Origin: Halocafeteria seosinensis
Lineage: Eukaryota
DNA length: 64,000 nt
Direction: 5' to 3'
Assembly (NCBI GenBank): GCA_001687465.1
Contig: LVLI01000321.1
Coordinates: 1-64,000 of the forward strand
The notes beneath the pieces were generated by a model, which was not told the origin of the DNA, did no database searches, and was given only the letters and a program-made list of their open reading frames with translations. A program made the position numbers and the translations under genes. This document shows positions 62,549-64,000 of the stretch, one piece after another; the first letter of the stretch is position 1; each line of letters starts with the position of its first letter.

Positions 62549-63258
62549 ATGAACGTAGATAACACAATACGAGACGACAGGAGATCCACGAGGGTAAGTG
62601 AGGAAACTGAATAATATAGAGCAATTCAGACGGGTGAAATAGCGGTGAAAGTGGCTCGAAATACGCGGCATATCGACGTTGGAACCCGATGTCGTAAACG
62701 GCCAGGTGTCGGAATATTCCATATACACTGCTTCTTGATGATTTTAGCGCACTCGAACTTAATGAGATGGTTATGTCATCTTTCATCTATTGGTATGACT
62801 CAATGGCCGCAGGTATCGCAAGCTCCTGGAGGCAAAACATCGATAAACCTGTTTGGCGGCGATCACGACGAAAAACTGCTGGGCAGCGAACAACAGCATA
62901 AGGAAGAAAATGTGGCCCCTAAACCAACAGAGAGAGCAGCTCCCGGATACAAGGAAATGGATAACTCCAAGGAGAATGCCACACCTCAAGAGCATGAAGG
63001 CTCCATGGCCCGTCCTAAAGAACCTGTACCAACTGGGGAAATGGTGGAACCGCCTTCCAATACGGAATTATCAAGTAATAACTTTGCTAGTGGTGGACAT
63101 CAAAACTCAGGTACGGAAAACTATTTTATAAGGCGTTGGCTCGAATGTCTTTGGAATTGACTCTCTATGAGCCCTTTGCAGGCAACTATATCACAGGACG
63201 TCCTACAAGCCGTCGGATTCAACCTCCTGGGGGCTCCTCTTCGATTGTCTTGGGATAA
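62549..63258 (+). CDS. Small SPIRAL1/HN1(Jupiter)-like PGG-motif protein, 3 exons
   Basis: RSTR|VSQAPGGKTSI...SSNNFASG..QNSG|NYITGRPTSRRIQPPGGSSSIVLG*. Introns at 62594-62812 and about 63110-63181. Confidence 0.75.
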
Positions 63259-63814
63259 GAGCTGAGTGTAGTACAGTACCCGAATTTCTCCCAGCAACTT
63301 AAAGGTTTTGGTTGTGTAGGAAGTTCCCGTGGTAAAGGCAGAATATGGTTCCGGATAGAGAATCCAGCCTGATGGAAGATTGTTGCCGTCTTGCATAATA
63401 AACAAACTGAATGTCGATACCGGTATCTCTTCTACTCCCCGGGTGTGGTATCACTGCTATTATACCATAGCATGGTCTCGTCCAATGCACGCACGGTTTT
63501 TTCCCCCTTTTTCTTACCGACTTGACTTCCGTCTTGAAGTTGAAACGGAGTCTCCGGGCTCCGGAGACAGAAGGCTCGGAGCAAAGTTTCGAAACGAGTG
63601 GTGGTCCTGGCCTCTATACAGGGCCACAGAGCCAGGATGCTCTAGATAGATCATTTTATTCTCCAGTGTTGTTTGCCGCCACTCAGTAAACAAGTTGTGA
63701 GCTTATTGAATAGCTATCTTGATAGAGGTTTATCGAAATAAACCCAATAAGTTGAACGGAAAATAGCTAAAAAGTGGATATTTTTCACATTTTGCCCTCC
63801 CAGTTTCAGCCAAG

Positions 63815-64000
63815 ATGTCTGCTCCTTTGACTGCCCCCACCAATGTCGATGAAACTGCCACTGGTGGTCCCTCGTCGTCCCCACCTGTGGTAGTGTCCAC
63901 GGAGAACGAGGAGGTCCAATATCCCGATTCGTGGAATTGTCCAATCCTCTTGACCCTCATGAGAGATCCAGTGATTGGACCCGATGGAATCACCTATGAA
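63815..64000 (+). CDS. U-box domain protein, 5' part (runs off the window; absent from the ORF track)
   Basis: MSAP...YPDSWNCPILLTLMRDPVIGPDGITYE matches a U-box start. Confidence 0.85.
   Translation, partial: MSAPLTAPTNVDETATGGPSSSPPVVVSTENEEVQYPDSWNCPILLTLMRDPVIGPDGITYE

Overview
Gene-dense eukaryotic (protist-like, possibly stramenopile; taxonomy not determinable from the window) genomic DNA. Most introns are short, about 65-80 nt, with GT-AG ends. About 20 protein genes are recognisable: VIT1/CCC1 transporter, SF2 helicase resembling giant-virus types, MBOAT sterol acyltransferase, SulP, SUMO-like/2OG-Fe(II) oxygenase, IPI1/TEX10, PH protein, opine dehydrogenase, ABCG/PDR transporter, TRF-like telobox Myb protein, PLK4, SEC11, TPR-like protein, GLUG-repeat protein, CAMKK-like kinase, GYF protein, RRP6, SPIRAL1-like protein and a U-box protein. 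The window also holds tRNA-Pro(CGG) and a decayed non-LTR retrotransposon. The standout is one anomalously long intron (978 nt, 34170-35147) in the TRF-like telomere-binding gene. It contains an approximately 856-nt structured RNA with several telomerase RNA hallmarks: a 1.5-repeat TTAGGG template (ACCCUAACC), an adjacent core-enclosing helix, an hTR-like U-rich H-type pseudoknot, a long terminal arm, and box C/D K-turn ends 74 nt upstream of the 3' splice site. This suggests an intron-encoded, snoRNA-type telomerase RNA hosted by a telomere-protein gene. All calls were made by eye, with no database searches or folding runs.
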